Shown: positions 48,639 to 58,769, numbered from the whole stretch's first letter. The stretch: DNA of 61,796 bases, filler included, from Candidatus Eiseniibacteriota bacterium (GCA_043809585.1; 5 parts of 5 records of this genome joined end to end with filler, not necessarily neighbours in it), one strand, 5' to 3'. Translations and numbers: made by a program. Notes: generated by a model from the sequence alone, not told the origin.

Positions 48639-48931
48639 CGGCGGGGCGGCGGACCGGCATCGGGAGGGGCCGGGGCATAACCGGGGAGTTGTTGGCGGCC
48701 TCTGCAACGCTGCCCGTACGAGGCCGGAGAATGGGAGGGTACTCTCCCGCAGCACGACGAGCGTCCCAGCCTGCCCCGATCCCCTCCCTCCTTCGATCCG
48801 CCGCCCCGCCGGAATCATGCCCCCCCGTTCGTCCTGAGTGCCGCCCGGTCCTCCGGGCAGGTATTGCGCACGAGCACGAATGCTCCAATGTGCAGAGGAA
48901 GAGTCCGAGGAGAACGTCCACTTCGGAGTGA
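48639..48931. repeat. Dispersed element A (48639-48811) plus motif B (48848-48931)
   Basis: Homologous to the other A and B copies. Confidence 0.85.
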
Positions 48932-48950
48932 ACGAGGTCCGCTACTCGGC

Positions 48951-50759
48951 CTACCTCACCAGGCTCAGCTTCTTCACCACCTTCAGGCCCGCGCCTTCGA
49001 CGATGGCGAAGTAGACTCCCGACGGGGCGTCCCGGCCCGACCGGTCCTTTCCGTCCCAGACCACCTGATGGCCCCCCATCTCCACGTTGCCGTAGTGGAG
49101 CGTGTCGACGAGGGCGCCCCGGGCGTCGAAGAGGCGGACTTTGAGAACGCCGGTGGACCGGACATGGATGGAAAGGGTCACGGTCGGGTTGAACGGGTTC
49201 GGCGCGGCCGTCACGGTGAGAGCCGGCGGCGCCGGGACCGGCTCACGTCCGTACGCCTCGAGATCTTCCTCGGCCTGCACGGAGGTGACGAGGTCGAAGG
49301 CGTCCGCCGCCTGGATCAATCCCCATCCGTACGCCGTGTCGGGCGAGGCGGCCCGGGTCGCCGTCGATTTCAGTCTCTCGATCAGGTCGTAGGGGGTTTG
49401 GAACGGGTTGGCCTGAAGGACGAGCGCCGCCGCCCCCGCGAGGAGCGGGTTCGCGCACGACGTTCCGTGGCAGTCGTCGTAGGCCGTGTTCGAATAGGGA
49501 TCGACGGAGACCGTGTAGACCCCCTGGGCGACGAGGTCCGGCTTGATCCGGCCGTCGTAGGTCGGGCCCCGTGAGCTGAAGTAGACGAGCGTGGTGTCGT
49601 CCCAGACGGCGCCGGTGGCGATGATCGAGTCGGCGTCGGCGGGGGCGATGATGTAGTCCCACGAGCCCTCCCCCTCGTTACCGGCGGAGGTGCAGACGAG
49701 GATGCCGTTCCCCGCGGCGAGGTCGGCGGCGATCGTGGTGGTCGCCGTGTTGCCGTCCATGTCTTCGTAGGTGTACCAGTCCTTGTAGCCGAGAGACGAG
49801 GAGACGATGTCCGCCCCCATGGCGTCCGCCCACTCGATCCCCTCGACCCACCAGTCCTCCTCGATCGGCTCTTCCTGGCTCGTGTCCTCCGTCTTCCCGA
49901 GAAGGAACTCGGCGTTGTAAGCGGGGCCGATCAGGGCGCCCGGATCGTAACCGGCGATGAGGGAAAGCACCTTGGTGCCGTGGCCGAACTGCCCCGACGG
50001 ATCCCCCGGCTCCTCGGAAGTGTTGGGGTCGTCGTTGATGAAGTCCCACTCGTCGATCACGTTCACCGAGGTGAGGGCGTTGTGGGTCCGCTTGAAGCCG
50101 GTGTCGAGGAGACAGATCCGAACGCCCGTCCCGTCGAGGCCGAGGTCGTGGAGCGTGGGCACCTGCATCATCTCTACCTGTCCGAGGCCGTCCCCGTAGT
50201 TCAAACCGTAGAGGGACGCCTTCCCGGCGGCGGGCGCCGGCGCGGGGCGGTCCGGCGTGACCGGGCGCCGCCTGCCGCTCATCACCGGCTCGACGGACCG
50301 GACGAAGGGGAGGCCGGCGATCTCCCGCAGAATCTCGATCGGCGCCTCGGCGCTCATGCCGTTCAGGTACCGGGTGATCGCCCGCCGCCGGGCGCCGGTG
50401 GCGATTACGGCGTCGACGTACTCCGTGACCACGGGCAAATCATGAAACCCGACGAGAGAGGACAGTCCCATCTTCATCCGGCGCATTTCCGCGTGGGCTT
50501 CGAGTTTCGCTTCCGCTCCGGTCCGGGCTCTCAAATACTCCACGTCGCTCGTGATGCCCTTGTCGGTGAAATAGACCCATGCCTTCAGGGTCTTCCCCGG
50601 ATTCTCGGCGGCCATCCTCTCCAGGCGGGGCGAAACCGGCTCGGCGCTCTTCGGGTTCGGCCGCCAGGGCTCTTGGGCAAGGGCCCCGCCCGGCGCGAAG
50701 ATGAAGGCGCCGAGGAAAATGGGAATCGCGAGGGCCATGGGGCCGACGGAGCGGAACAT
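48951..50759 (-). CDS. S8 (subtilisin-like) serine peptidase with FlgD-type C-terminal domain
   Basis: LLDTG, HGT, SAGNEG, GTSCANP; PNPFNP...SGVYF tail. Confidence 0.95.
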   Translation of the reverse strand: MFRSVGPMALAIPIFLGAFIFAPGGALAQEPWRPNPKSAEPVSPRLERMAAENPGKTLKAWVYFTDKGITSDVEYLRARTGAEAKLEAHAEMRRMKMGLSSLVGFHDLPVVTEYVDAVIATGARRRAITRYLNGMSAEAPIEILREIAGLPFVRSVEPVMSGRRRPVTPDRPAPAPAAGKASLYGLNYGDGLGQVEMMQVPTLHDLGLDGTGVRICLLDTGFKRTHNALTSVNVIDEWDFINDDPNTSEEPGDPSGQFGHGTKVLSLIAGYDPGALIGPAYNAEFLLGKTEDTSQEEPIEEDWWVEGIEWADAMGADIVSSSLGYKDWYTYEDMDGNTATTTIAADLAAGNGILVCTSAGNEGEGSWDYIIAPADADSIIATGAVWDDTTLVYFSSRGPTYDGRIKPDLVAQGVYTVSVDPYSNTAYDDCHGTSCANPLLAGAAALVLQANPFQTPYDLIERLKSTATRAASPDTAYGWGLIQAADAFDLVTSVQAEEDLEAYGREPVPAPPALTVTAAPNPFNPTVTLSIHVRSTGVLKVRLFDARGALVDTLHYGNVEMGGHQVVWDGKDRSGRDAPSGVYFAIVEGAGLKVVKKLSLVR

Positions 50760-50922
50760 ATGTTACCCGTCCTTTCCGGTTCATTCTCGGGGAGCCCTGA
50801 GCCTGGAGAGAGGCAAGTTCAATAATGATAAAATACTAACACGCCCGAGCCTCTCCCGCAAGACCCGGGCGATTCGAGGGCGATTCGGACCCGGATGCCA
50901 CCGGAGTCCGGTCCCGACGGAA

Positions 50923-51489
50923 TCACCGGAATCGGCGCTTCAGGTTGCTCCAGCTCAGCTCGTCCGTGGCGACCAGATCCCCCATGAAACGGGCGTTGCA
51001 GTTCAGGCGGTTCCACGGCGGCCCTTCCGGGTCGATGCCGGCGAACTGTCCCTGGACGGTGCACGGGTACCCGGAAATGTCGAAGGGGGGCAGCCCTTCG
51101 TCGATCACGATGTCCCCCTCGAAACGGACGATGCCCCGGTTCGGGTTCTCCCGGGTGCGAAGGCTGAGAACCCGCCCCCTCCCTCGGAACTCCCCGGGCA
51201 CCGCGTTCCCGCCCCCATCCTCCAGACACTCGTGGATCCGGAACGATCCCTCGTAGCGCCGGGCGTACCATCCCTGGATCGGGCCCCGCTCGTCGATCAT
51301 CACCATGTCCTGCAGGACCAACAGGTGAATCTCGTCGCGGCCGGCCGAAGTGGGGGTCCCCTCGAGGAAGACCATCTCGGGGAGGGTGGCCGGTGGAGGA
51401 TCGTCTGGACCGGGGTCGAGTGCAAAGAGTTCGGTTGATACGAGAGAGGGAACGAGCAAGACCACCGGAATCAGCCAGAAGCGTCTCAC
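50923..51489 (-). CDS. Secreted hypothetical protein, C-terminal SWSNLKRRFR
   Basis: GAGGT RBS, GTG start, signal peptide RRFWLIPVVLLV. Confidence 0.7.
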   Translation of the reverse strand: MRRFWLIPVVLLVPSLVSTELFALDPGPDDPPPATLPEMVFLEGTPTSAGRDEIHLLVLQDMVMIDERGPIQGWYARRYEGSFRIHECLEDGGGNAVPGEFRGRGRVLSLRTRENPNRGIVRFEGDIVIDEGLPPFDISGYPCTVQGQFAGIDPEGPPWNRLNCNARFMGDLVATDELSWSNLKRRFR

Positions 51490-51700
51490 AGTCGATACCT
51501 CGGGACGGCGTGGATGGGCGAAAACGCGCCAAAGACGCCGCTTCAACTGGGAGACGATTCTCTAGACTCGGGATTCGGACCTATCGTGGGCGCTCTGGGG
51601 GTGGACGCCTTCACTGAACAATATATTACCAAAGAACCGGCCAATTTTCAAGCTCCGAATCAAGATGAGAGGACTCCCGCCACTCCTTGCCGCAAGGAAA

Positions 51701-52321
51701 TTAGCCGGTCCGGCCAAGAATCCGGCGGATTCGGACGTAGTCGTCCGGGGTGTCGAGATCGTGGAGGATCCCCTCCTCGGGGACGGGCACCTCCCGGACC
51801 CGGCCGGGGTCGGCGCGGATCACGTCCCGCCCGGTCCGGCCCTCTCCGAGGGCGAGGTACTCGGCCGTCAGCGCCGCTTCGACGAGGTAGGGGTGGCCCC
51901 TCCGCCCCTGGAAGGTGGGGACGAAGATCCGGGCGCCCTCCCGCTCCTCCCGAAAGGCCCGGATCAGGAGTCGGGGAACCGCCCCGGTGATGAGAGGGTA
52001 GTCGACCGGGCAGGGGAGAACCGCCGCAAGCCCCCCGGGCAGGGAGCGGAAGCCGGCCTGGAGCGACGAGAGCTGCCCCTCGGGATAGCGCGTGTTCCGA
52101 ACGAGAGTGACCCCCGAATCCCGGACCGCCGATTCGACCGGCGCCGCCCGGTGGCCGGTGACGACATGGATCGGCGAGGCGCCCCCCTCCCGGCAGGTCC
52201 GGATCACGCGGCCGAGCACCGTATCCTCCCCCAGGGGGAGGAGCGCTTTCGGCCGGCCGATCCGGCTCGCGTATCCGGCGGCGAGGATGACCGCCGCCAC
52301 CGGTCCCGTTCGATCGCCCAT
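51701..52321 (-). CDS. MocA-like nucleotidyltransferase (NTP_transf_3)
   Basis: VILAAGYASRIGRPKALL, GQLSSLQAG, PVDYP, RGHP, DLDTPDDY. Confidence 0.9.
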   Translation of the reverse strand: MGDRTGPVAAVILAAGYASRIGRPKALLPLGEDTVLGRVIRTCREGGASPIHVVTGHRAAPVESAVRDSGVTLVRNTRYPEGQLSSLQAGFRSLPGGLAAVLPCPVDYPLITGAVPRLLIRAFREEREGARIFVPTFQGRRGHPYLVEAALTAEYLALGEGRTGRDVIRADPGRVREVPVPEEGILHDLDTPDDYVRIRRILGRTG

Positions 52322-52454
52322 GTCGGTCCTCCGGCGGGAGCGTACCACGGCGCGCGCGGCGGGGCGGGGTCCTTGAACGGTCTCCGGGCCCGTGGTACCA
52401 TCACGCCATCTTCACCCGGACCGACCTCCAGCATCGACGAACAAGGAGGCCCCG

Positions 52455-53681
52455 ATGCAGCCCTTCCTCTCCGAGCAAAACCTGAAATGGAAGGAGACGG
52501 CCCACCGCGTGGCGGAAGAGGTGGTCCGGCCCCTCGCGAAGAAATACGACGAGCTCCAGGAGTACCCGTGGGAGATCAAGGAGGCCCTCGCCGAGGCGGG
52601 TCTGCTCGGGGTTTGGATCCCGAAGGAGTACGGCGGGAAGGGGGGGGGCGTGCTCGACCTGTGCGTCTGCGTCGAGGAACTCTCCCGGGCGTGCGGCGGC
52701 GTCGGCGTCATGTACGCCGTGAACGCCCTCGGCAGCTTCCCGGTCCTCCTGTCGGGGACGGAGGAGCAGAAGAAGAAGGTCCTGCCCGGCATCGCTTCCG
52801 GCGAAAAGCTGATCTCCTTCGCCCTTTCCGAGAAGTTCGCCGGGTCCGACGCGGGGAGCATGTACATGACCGCCGAGCAGGACGGCGGCCACTACGTGCT
52901 GAACGGCGAGAAGAAGTGGAACACCAACGGCGAAGTGGCCGACTACTACACGGTCTTCGCCGTCACCGACCCGACGTCGCGCTCGAAGCGGATCAGCGCC
53001 TTCGTGGTCGAGAGGGGGACGCCGGGCGTCAAGATCGGCAAGGTCGAGGACAAGATGGGAATCCGCTGCGTGCCGGTGGTGGAGCTCGAGTTCGACGACT
53101 GCCGCGTCCCCGCGTCGAGCCTTCTCGGCGGCAAGGCGGGGCGGGGCTTCAAGGACGCCATGATGACCCTCGACCGGGCGCGGCCGGGCGTCGCGTCCCA
53201 GGGGGTGGGGCTCGCCCAGGGGGCGCTCGAGTACGCCCAGGTGTACGCGAACAAGCGCCACATGTTCGGCATTCCCGTCTCGTCCCACCAGATGGTGCAG
53301 CAGATGCTCGCCGACATGTCCATGAAGGTCGAGGCGGCCCGCCAGCTCGTCTACGCGAGCGCCCGCGCCATCGACCTCGACATGCCTAGAATTTCCAAGA
53401 TGGCGGCCCAGGCGAAGTGCTTCGCCACGGACGTGGCCATGCAGGTCACGACCGACGCGGTGCAGATCTTCGGCGGCTACGGCTACATGAAGGACTACCC
53501 GATCGAGAAGTACATGCGGGACGCCAAGATCACCCAGATCTACGAAGGAACGAACCAGATCCAGCGGATGGTGATCGCCCGGTTCCTGGTGAAGGAGGTG
53601 GGCGAGCTGTCGTTCCTCGAGAAGTTCATCCCCACCGAGGTCCAGAAGGGGTACGAGCCGGCGATCCCGGTCGGGGCGTGA
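52455..53681 (+). CDS. Acyl-CoA dehydrogenase
   Basis: FALSEKFAGSD, LNGEKKW, KMGIR, QIFGGYGY, IYEGTNQIQ. Confidence 0.97.
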   Translation: MQPFLSEQNLKWKETAHRVAEEVVRPLAKKYDELQEYPWEIKEALAEAGLLGVWIPKEYGGKGGGVLDLCVCVEELSRACGGVGVMYAVNALGSFPVLLSGTEEQKKKVLPGIASGEKLISFALSEKFAGSDAGSMYMTAEQDGGHYVLNGEKKWNTNGEVADYYTVFAVTDPTSRSKRISAFVVERGTPGVKIGKVEDKMGIRCVPVVELEFDDCRVPASSLLGGKAGRGFKDAMMTLDRARPGVASQGVGLAQGALEYAQVYANKRHMFGIPVSSHQMVQQMLADMSMKVEAARQLVYASARAIDLDMPRISKMAAQAKCFATDVAMQVTTDAVQIFGGYGYMKDYPIEKYMRDAKITQIYEGTNQIQRMVIARFLVKEVGELSFLEKFIPTEVQKGYEPAIPVGA

Positions 53682-54523
53682 TGGCCGAGGCGTTTCTCAC
53701 GAGACGGGAGAAGTTCTCCGCCGCCCACCACTACGCCGTGCGTCGGTTCACCCCCGATGAGGCGAAACGCATCTACGGAGTCACGTCGGTGCACGGGCAC
53801 AACTACGTCTTGGAGACGACCATCCGGGGCCCGGTGAGCGAGCGGACCGGCATGGTGGAGAACTTGAAGAAGCTGAAGGACGTGATGAGGCGGCACGCCC
53901 TCGCGGGGCTCCACAACCGCTTTTTGAACGAGGACGTGGAGCGTTTCGAGGAAGAGCCGCCGACGCTCGAGAACATATCGGATTACCTTTGGGACAAGAT
54001 GCTGCCCTTCTTTCCCGGCGGGCGGCTCCACCGGGTCCGCCTCTTCGAGGAGGAGACGCTCTACGTCGACCGGGTGCAGGGGAGGAGCGACGTGTTTCTG
54101 ACGCGGGTGTACGAGTTCTGCGCGTCCCACCGGCTGCACGAGCCGGGGCTTTCGGCCGGCGAGAACCGGGCGATCTTCGGGAAATGCAACAACCCGAACG
54201 GGCACGGCCACAATTACATCGTGGAGGTGACCGTGAAGGGGGCCGTGGACGAACGGACGGGCGTGATCGGCAACCTGGACGAGATGGACCGGCTCGTGAA
54301 CGACGAGGTGATCGAGTATCTCGACCATCATCATCTGAACACGGACGTGCCGGAGTTCGGCGACCTGAACCCGACGGCGGAGAACATCGCCCGGGTGATC
54401 TGGGACCGGCTCGACGTGAATCCGGGGGGGGCGAAGCTCCATCGGATCCGGCTCTACGAAACGGCCCGCAACATCGCCGATTATTATGGGCCCTCGGGTG
54501 AAGACTCGCCGGGAACGCAGTAG
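53681..54523 (+). CDS. Two-domain 6-pyruvoyl/6-carboxy-tetrahydropterin synthase family protein
   Basis: Two T-fold repeats: FSAAH...HGHNY...PTLENI and FCASH...KCNNPNGHGHNY...PTAENI. Confidence 0.9.
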   Translation: MAEAFLTRREKFSAAHHYAVRRFTPDEAKRIYGVTSVHGHNYVLETTIRGPVSERTGMVENLKKLKDVMRRHALAGLHNRFLNEDVERFEEEPPTLENISDYLWDKMLPFFPGGRLHRVRLFEEETLYVDRVQGRSDVFLTRVYEFCASHRLHEPGLSAGENRAIFGKCNNPNGHGHNYIVEVTVKGAVDERTGVIGNLDEMDRLVNDEVIEYLDHHHLNTDVPEFGDLNPTAENIARVIWDRLDVNPGGAKLHRIRLYETARNIADYYGPSGEDSPGTQ

Positions 54524-54541
54524 GGCGTGATAAAGGGCCGT

Positions 54542-54725
54542 CGGCGGGAGCCCGGCGGAACGGGGAACCGTCTCCGGGAGGGATGGGGGCATCACCGGGG
54601 AGTTGTTTCCGTTCTCCGCAACGCTTCCTCTGCGAGCCCGGAGAAAGGGAGGATCTTCTTCCGCACCACGACGAGCGTTCCAGTCTGCCCCTCAACCCTC
54701 CCGGAGCCGAACCCCCGCCCCGCCG
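54542..54725. repeat. Dispersed element A
   Basis: Core GGGGCATCACCGGGGAGTTGTT...GAGCCCGGAGAAAGGGAGG...CGACGAGCGTTCCAGTCTGCCCC. Confidence 0.85.
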
Positions 54726-54959
54726 GTGGGGAGAGGACGAAGACGGAGAGGAGCTGAGGAAACGGGGAGAAACTAGGGGAGAAACTGGGGACAGCCACCT
54801 GTTTCGGCCAGAATCATCCGTGCCCCCGGGACCACGGTCCCTCGGGTGACGACGCGCCCGTTTCGACCGGTATAAACCCGTTCGCCCCGAGTGCCGCCGA
54901 ATGGAATGAGGTGGTGTATCGAAGGGGGAACGGGGAGGAAGAAACACGGAGGAACTCCA

Positions 54960-56447
54960 TTGGATAAGGTTCGGGTCCGGTTCGCCCCGTCGCCGACGGG
55001 CTACCTGCATGTGGGGGGGGCGCGGACGGCGCTCTTCAACTGGCTCTACGCGAGGAAGCGGGGAGGTGTCTTCGTCCTCCGCATCGAGGACACCGACAAG
55101 GAGCGCTCGTCGGAGGAGATGGTCGGCTACATCCTGGACGGGATGAAGTGGCTCGGCCTCGACTGGGACGAGGGGCCCTACTTCCAGGGGGAGCGGGTGG
55201 AGGAGCACCGGAAAGCGGCCCTCGGCCTCCTCGAGACGGGGTGCGCCTACCACTGCTTCTGCTCGGCCGCGGAGGCGGAGAAGCTCCGGGAGGAGTCGAT
55301 GGCGGCGAGGAGTTCCGGTGCGGTCCGCTGCGGCTGCCGGGATCTCTCCCCGGAGGAGGGGAAGAAGCGGGGGGAGACGGAGCCCTTCGCGGTCCGTTTC
55401 CGGACGCCCTCGGGGGGAGAGACGGTCGAGTTCGAGGACCTCGTCTTCGGGAAGAACGTGAAGGCGGCGGAGGACATCGAGGACTTCGTGCTCCTCCGTT
55501 CCGACGGCTCGCCGGTCTATCACATGGGCGTGGTGGCCGACGACGCGGAGATGAGGATCACCCACGTCATCCGCGGACAGGACCATCTGTCGAACACGCC
55601 GAAGCAGATCCTCCTCTACCGCGCCCTCGGGAAGCCGGTGCCCGTATTCGGCCACCTCCCCCTTCTGCTCGCGCCGAACAAGGGGAAGCTCTCGAAGAGG
55701 AAGCATGGCGAGGTGGTCAGCCTCTCGTTCTACCGGGACCGGGGGTTCCTGCCCGAGGCGTTCCTGAACTTCCTCGCCCTCCTCGGCTGGTCCCCCGGCG
55801 ACGACCGGGAGAAGCTGTCGAGGAAGGAGCTGATCGACCTCTTCGACCTCTCCCGGGTGAACCTCTCCAACGCGGTCTTCAACTTCGTCGAAGGGGACGA
55901 GCGGAACTGGACCGACCCGAAAGCGATCGCCCTGAACGGGCGGTACATCTCGGAGATGGATCTCGGCGGGCTCCTGCCGATGGTGAAGCCCGTGCTCGAG
56001 AAGGCGGGACTCTGGCGGGCCGAGTACGATGGCGATCGGGCCCCTTGGTTCTCCCGCACCGTCGACCTTCTCCGGGAGCGGTGCCGGACCCTGCTCGACT
56101 TCGCCGAGCGGGGGCGCCCCTACTTTGCCGACGATTTCGATATGGAGGAGAAGGCGTACCAGAAGAATCTGGTGAAGAAGAAGGACGAGCTGATCCCCCT
56201 GCTCCGGGAACTCGCGGAGCGGCTCGGGGAGATCGAACCTTGGACAGCAGGGAGCCTGGAGCCCGCGGCCCGGGAGTTCGCCGAGGAGAAGGGGGTGGGG
56301 ATCGGGCTCGTCATGAACGGCGCCCGAACCGCCCTCACGGGGACCAATGTCGGGCCCGGCATGTTCGATGTCTTCGAGATCGTCGGCAAGGAAAGGACTC
56401 TGAAGCGCCTCCGCGCCGCCGCGGTCCTCCTGGAGGCGGAGGGCTAA
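54960..56447 (+). CDS. gltX: Glutamate--tRNA ligase
   Basis: VRFAPSPTGYLHVGG, RIEDTD, HVIRGQDH, KLSKR; TTG start after GGAGG. Confidence 0.97.
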   Translation: MDKVRVRFAPSPTGYLHVGGARTALFNWLYARKRGGVFVLRIEDTDKERSSEEMVGYILDGMKWLGLDWDEGPYFQGERVEEHRKAALGLLETGCAYHCFCSAAEAEKLREESMAARSSGAVRCGCRDLSPEEGKKRGETEPFAVRFRTPSGGETVEFEDLVFGKNVKAAEDIEDFVLLRSDGSPVYHMGVVADDAEMRITHVIRGQDHLSNTPKQILLYRALGKPVPVFGHLPLLLAPNKGKLSKRKHGEVVSLSFYRDRGFLPEAFLNFLALLGWSPGDDREKLSRKELIDLFDLSRVNLSNAVFNFVEGDERNWTDPKAIALNGRYISEMDLGGLLPMVKPVLEKAGLWRAEYDGDRAPWFSRTVDLLRERCRTLLDFAERGRPYFADDFDMEEKAYQKNLVKKKDELIPLLRELAERLGEIEPWTAGSLEPAAREFAEEKGVGIGLVMNGARTALTGTNVGPGMFDVFEIVGKERTLKRLRAAAVLLEAEG

Positions 56448-56696
56448 CCCGATCTTGCAGAACTTGCGGCCCTGAATTCGGTGGGCGGGAGCCGGGGGAT
56501 CAGGGCTGGCTTGCTCAAACAGTCCTCGCGCGCCGGCCCGAGCATTATGGCGTTCTGCCACACAGGGGGAGGCCGGCGCGCTGCGGAACTCGCCGCTCAG
56601 CCCTGATCCCCTGGCTCCCCGAGTTGGCACAGGACGTGTGAGTTCTTTGGATAATCGAGGTTAACCCGATACCCCGAAAAAAGATGGGCCGGCATC

Positions 56697-56725
56697 TTGA
56701 CCCCCCGCCCATCACCCGCTATCAT
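56697..56725 (+). promoter_or_regulatory. sigma70-like promoter for tRNA-Gln
   Basis: TTGACC-N17-TATCAT. Confidence 0.65.
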
Positions 56726-56740
56726 TCTCGTTCCTCTGGT

Positions 56741-56814
56741 TGGGACGTCGTCCAATGGTAGGACACGCGGCTCTGGACCGCGGTATCGGGGTTCGAATCC
56801 CTGCGTCCCAGCCA
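56741..56814 (+). tRNA. tRNA-Gln (CTG)
   Basis: TGGGACGTCGTCCAATGGTAGGACACGCGGCTCTGGACCGCGGTATCGGGGTTCGAATCCCTGCGTCCCAGCCA. Confidence 0.97.
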
Positions 56815-57152
56815 CTTTCACCCTCGATTTCGATAGGATTCCTACTGCGAGCGCAATCCGTGAGCTGCGGGCTCGTTTCTCCGTCTGGCCGTAGTCATAG
56901 AACTTCTCCCATTCCTCGAGTTTCTTCCGGATCCCCTGATCCTCCCCGTGCCGGTGGAGGGGGCTAACCTTCAAAACGAGGTATGGGAGAGCTGAGCCGG
57001 TATCGCCGCAAGTGCGCAAGGGGGCGGGCTGGTTCCATGCTGGACACCTCCCACGGGACGCAATACACTTGTGTCCACGCGACCACGAAAGGCGGCGCGA
57101 GATTCTCCCCGGAGGGATCTGTTCCACCAGAGAGGGAGAGGGGGCTGTCGCT

Positions 57153-57494
57153 GTGCGAATTCGAACGAAGGTCTGGATTGAGGACAACAGAGGGAACACC
57201 GTCTACGGGCTCGGCCGCCAACGAATGCTCACGGCCATCCGCGAGTGCGGATCCCTCAAGGCAGCGGCCGAGAACCTCGGAATGTCCTACCGTGGCCTGT
57301 GGGCGAGGATCCGGCACTCCGAGCGGCGACTTGGCTTCGCCCTCCTCTGCTCGAAACCGGGCCGGGGGGCCGACGCGGGCTCGACCTTAACGCCCGAAGC
57401 GGTTCAACTCCTCAAGGGGTTCGAGAAGTTGGAGCGCGGCGTCCACACCGCTTCCGAACGATCCTACTCCAAGCATCTCGAGAACCTGATGTGA
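57153..57494 (+). CDS. Stand-alone ModE-like winged-helix regulator
   Basis: KVWIE...YGLGR...GSLKAAAENLGMSYRGLW...GSTLT; no molybdate-binding TOBE domain. Confidence 0.88.
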   Translation: MRIRTKVWIEDNRGNTVYGLGRQRMLTAIRECGSLKAAAENLGMSYRGLWARIRHSERRLGFALLCSKPGRGADAGSTLTPEAVQLLKGFEKLERGVHTASERSYSKHLENLM

Positions 57495-57498
57495 GGCG

Positions 57499-58632
57499 AT
57501 GACTCGAATCGACCTCGACAACAACGCCACAACTCCCATCGAGCCGGAGGTCCGGGCGGCCATGGTCGTGGCGATGCGGGACCTGCCGGGCAATCCCTCG
57601 AGTCTGCATTCCGTAGGGCGCCGTGCCCGCGACGCTGTCGAATGCGCCCGCGAATCGGTAGCCCGTCTCGTGCGGGCGCGAGCCGAAGAGATCGTCTTTA
57701 CATCGGGGGGGACGGAGGCGAACAACCTCGCCCTTGTGGGTACGCTCTCCCGCCCGGGAGGGCGGCTCGTCACCTCGTCGATCGAGCATCCCTCTGTTCT
57801 GGTCAGCTCCTCTTTCCTGGAGAGCCGCGGGGTGGTGGTGTCCCGCGTCGACCCCGACCCGACGGGTGTGATTCGCAGTGGCGACATGATCGCGGCCCTC
57901 GTTGAAGGTGCGGGACTCGTCAGCCTCATGACGGCGAACAATGAGACAGGCGCCCTCCAGCCGGTCCGCGAGGTGGCCGTCGAGGCCCGAAAACGAGGAG
58001 TGCCGGTCCACACCGACGCGGTGCAGGCGATCGGCAAGATTCCCATAGACGCCGAAGACCTCGGCGCCGATCTCCTCACTCTATCAGCGCACAAAATCGG
58101 CGGGCCAAAGGGGATCGGCGCCCTGTGGGCCCGTCGCGGGGTCTTCCCTTCCCCCATCGTCCACGGCGGAGGCCAGGAACGCGGCAACCGGTCGGGAACC
58201 GAGAACGTGATCGGCATCGTCGGCTTTGGAAAGGCCGCCGAGCTGGCCGCAGTCCGTGTGAAAGATTACGGCCAAACCGTCTCGAGGCTTCGTGATCTCC
58301 TTGAGGCGGGAATAGTGAAGGGGGGAGTGGGAGGAGTGGCGATCGGGGCGGAATCGCCTCGGGTGCCGAACACGACGGATATCGCCTTCGAAGGGATCGA
58401 AGGAGGCGCGCTCGTTCAGCTCCTCGACCTAAAAGGGATCGCCGCCTCGACAGGGTCGGCATGCGAAGCAGGCTCCGAGGAGTACTCTCACGTGCTCCGG
58501 GCGATGGCAATCCCGGAAGAACTCGCCCGGGGCGCGATTCGCTTCTCCCTCTCGTTCCACACGGTCGAATCGGAAATTGCCGAGGCGATCGGGAGAGTCA
58601 TCGAGGCCGTCGAAGAGATCCGGGGACTCTAG
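57499..58632 (+). CDS. Cysteine desulfurase (IscS/NifS type)
   Basis: LDNNATT, GNPSS, TSGGTEANN, HTDAVQ, SAHKIGGPKG, STGSAC. Confidence 0.95.
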   Translation: MTRIDLDNNATTPIEPEVRAAMVVAMRDLPGNPSSLHSVGRRARDAVECARESVARLVRARAEEIVFTSGGTEANNLALVGTLSRPGGRLVTSSIEHPSVLVSSSFLESRGVVVSRVDPDPTGVIRSGDMIAALVEGAGLVSLMTANNETGALQPVREVAVEARKRGVPVHTDAVQAIGKIPIDAEDLGADLLTLSAHKIGGPKGIGALWARRGVFPSPIVHGGGQERGNRSGTENVIGIVGFGKAAELAAVRVKDYGQTVSRLRDLLEAGIVKGGVGGVAIGAESPRVPNTTDIAFEGIEGGALVQLLDLKGIAASTGSACEAGSEEYSHVLRAMAIPEELARGAIRFSLSFHTVESEIAEAIGRVIEAVEEIRGL

Positions 58633-58769
58633 CCTGACTTCCGCAGTTTCGTGCCTCTCGCGGTTTTTTTCGAGGAGGGGGACGGTATAAGTGTGTGTCC
58701 TTGCGTGCTGGGTGGGCGCGGAGGGCCATGTAGTGCCGACCTACCCCCTTGCCTGAGCGGTTTTGATCT

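Noticed and set aside
56960-57150. Moco/Wco riboswitch upstream of the ModE-like gene
   Set aside because: I could not match the conserved elements by eye; an Infernal search would be needed.
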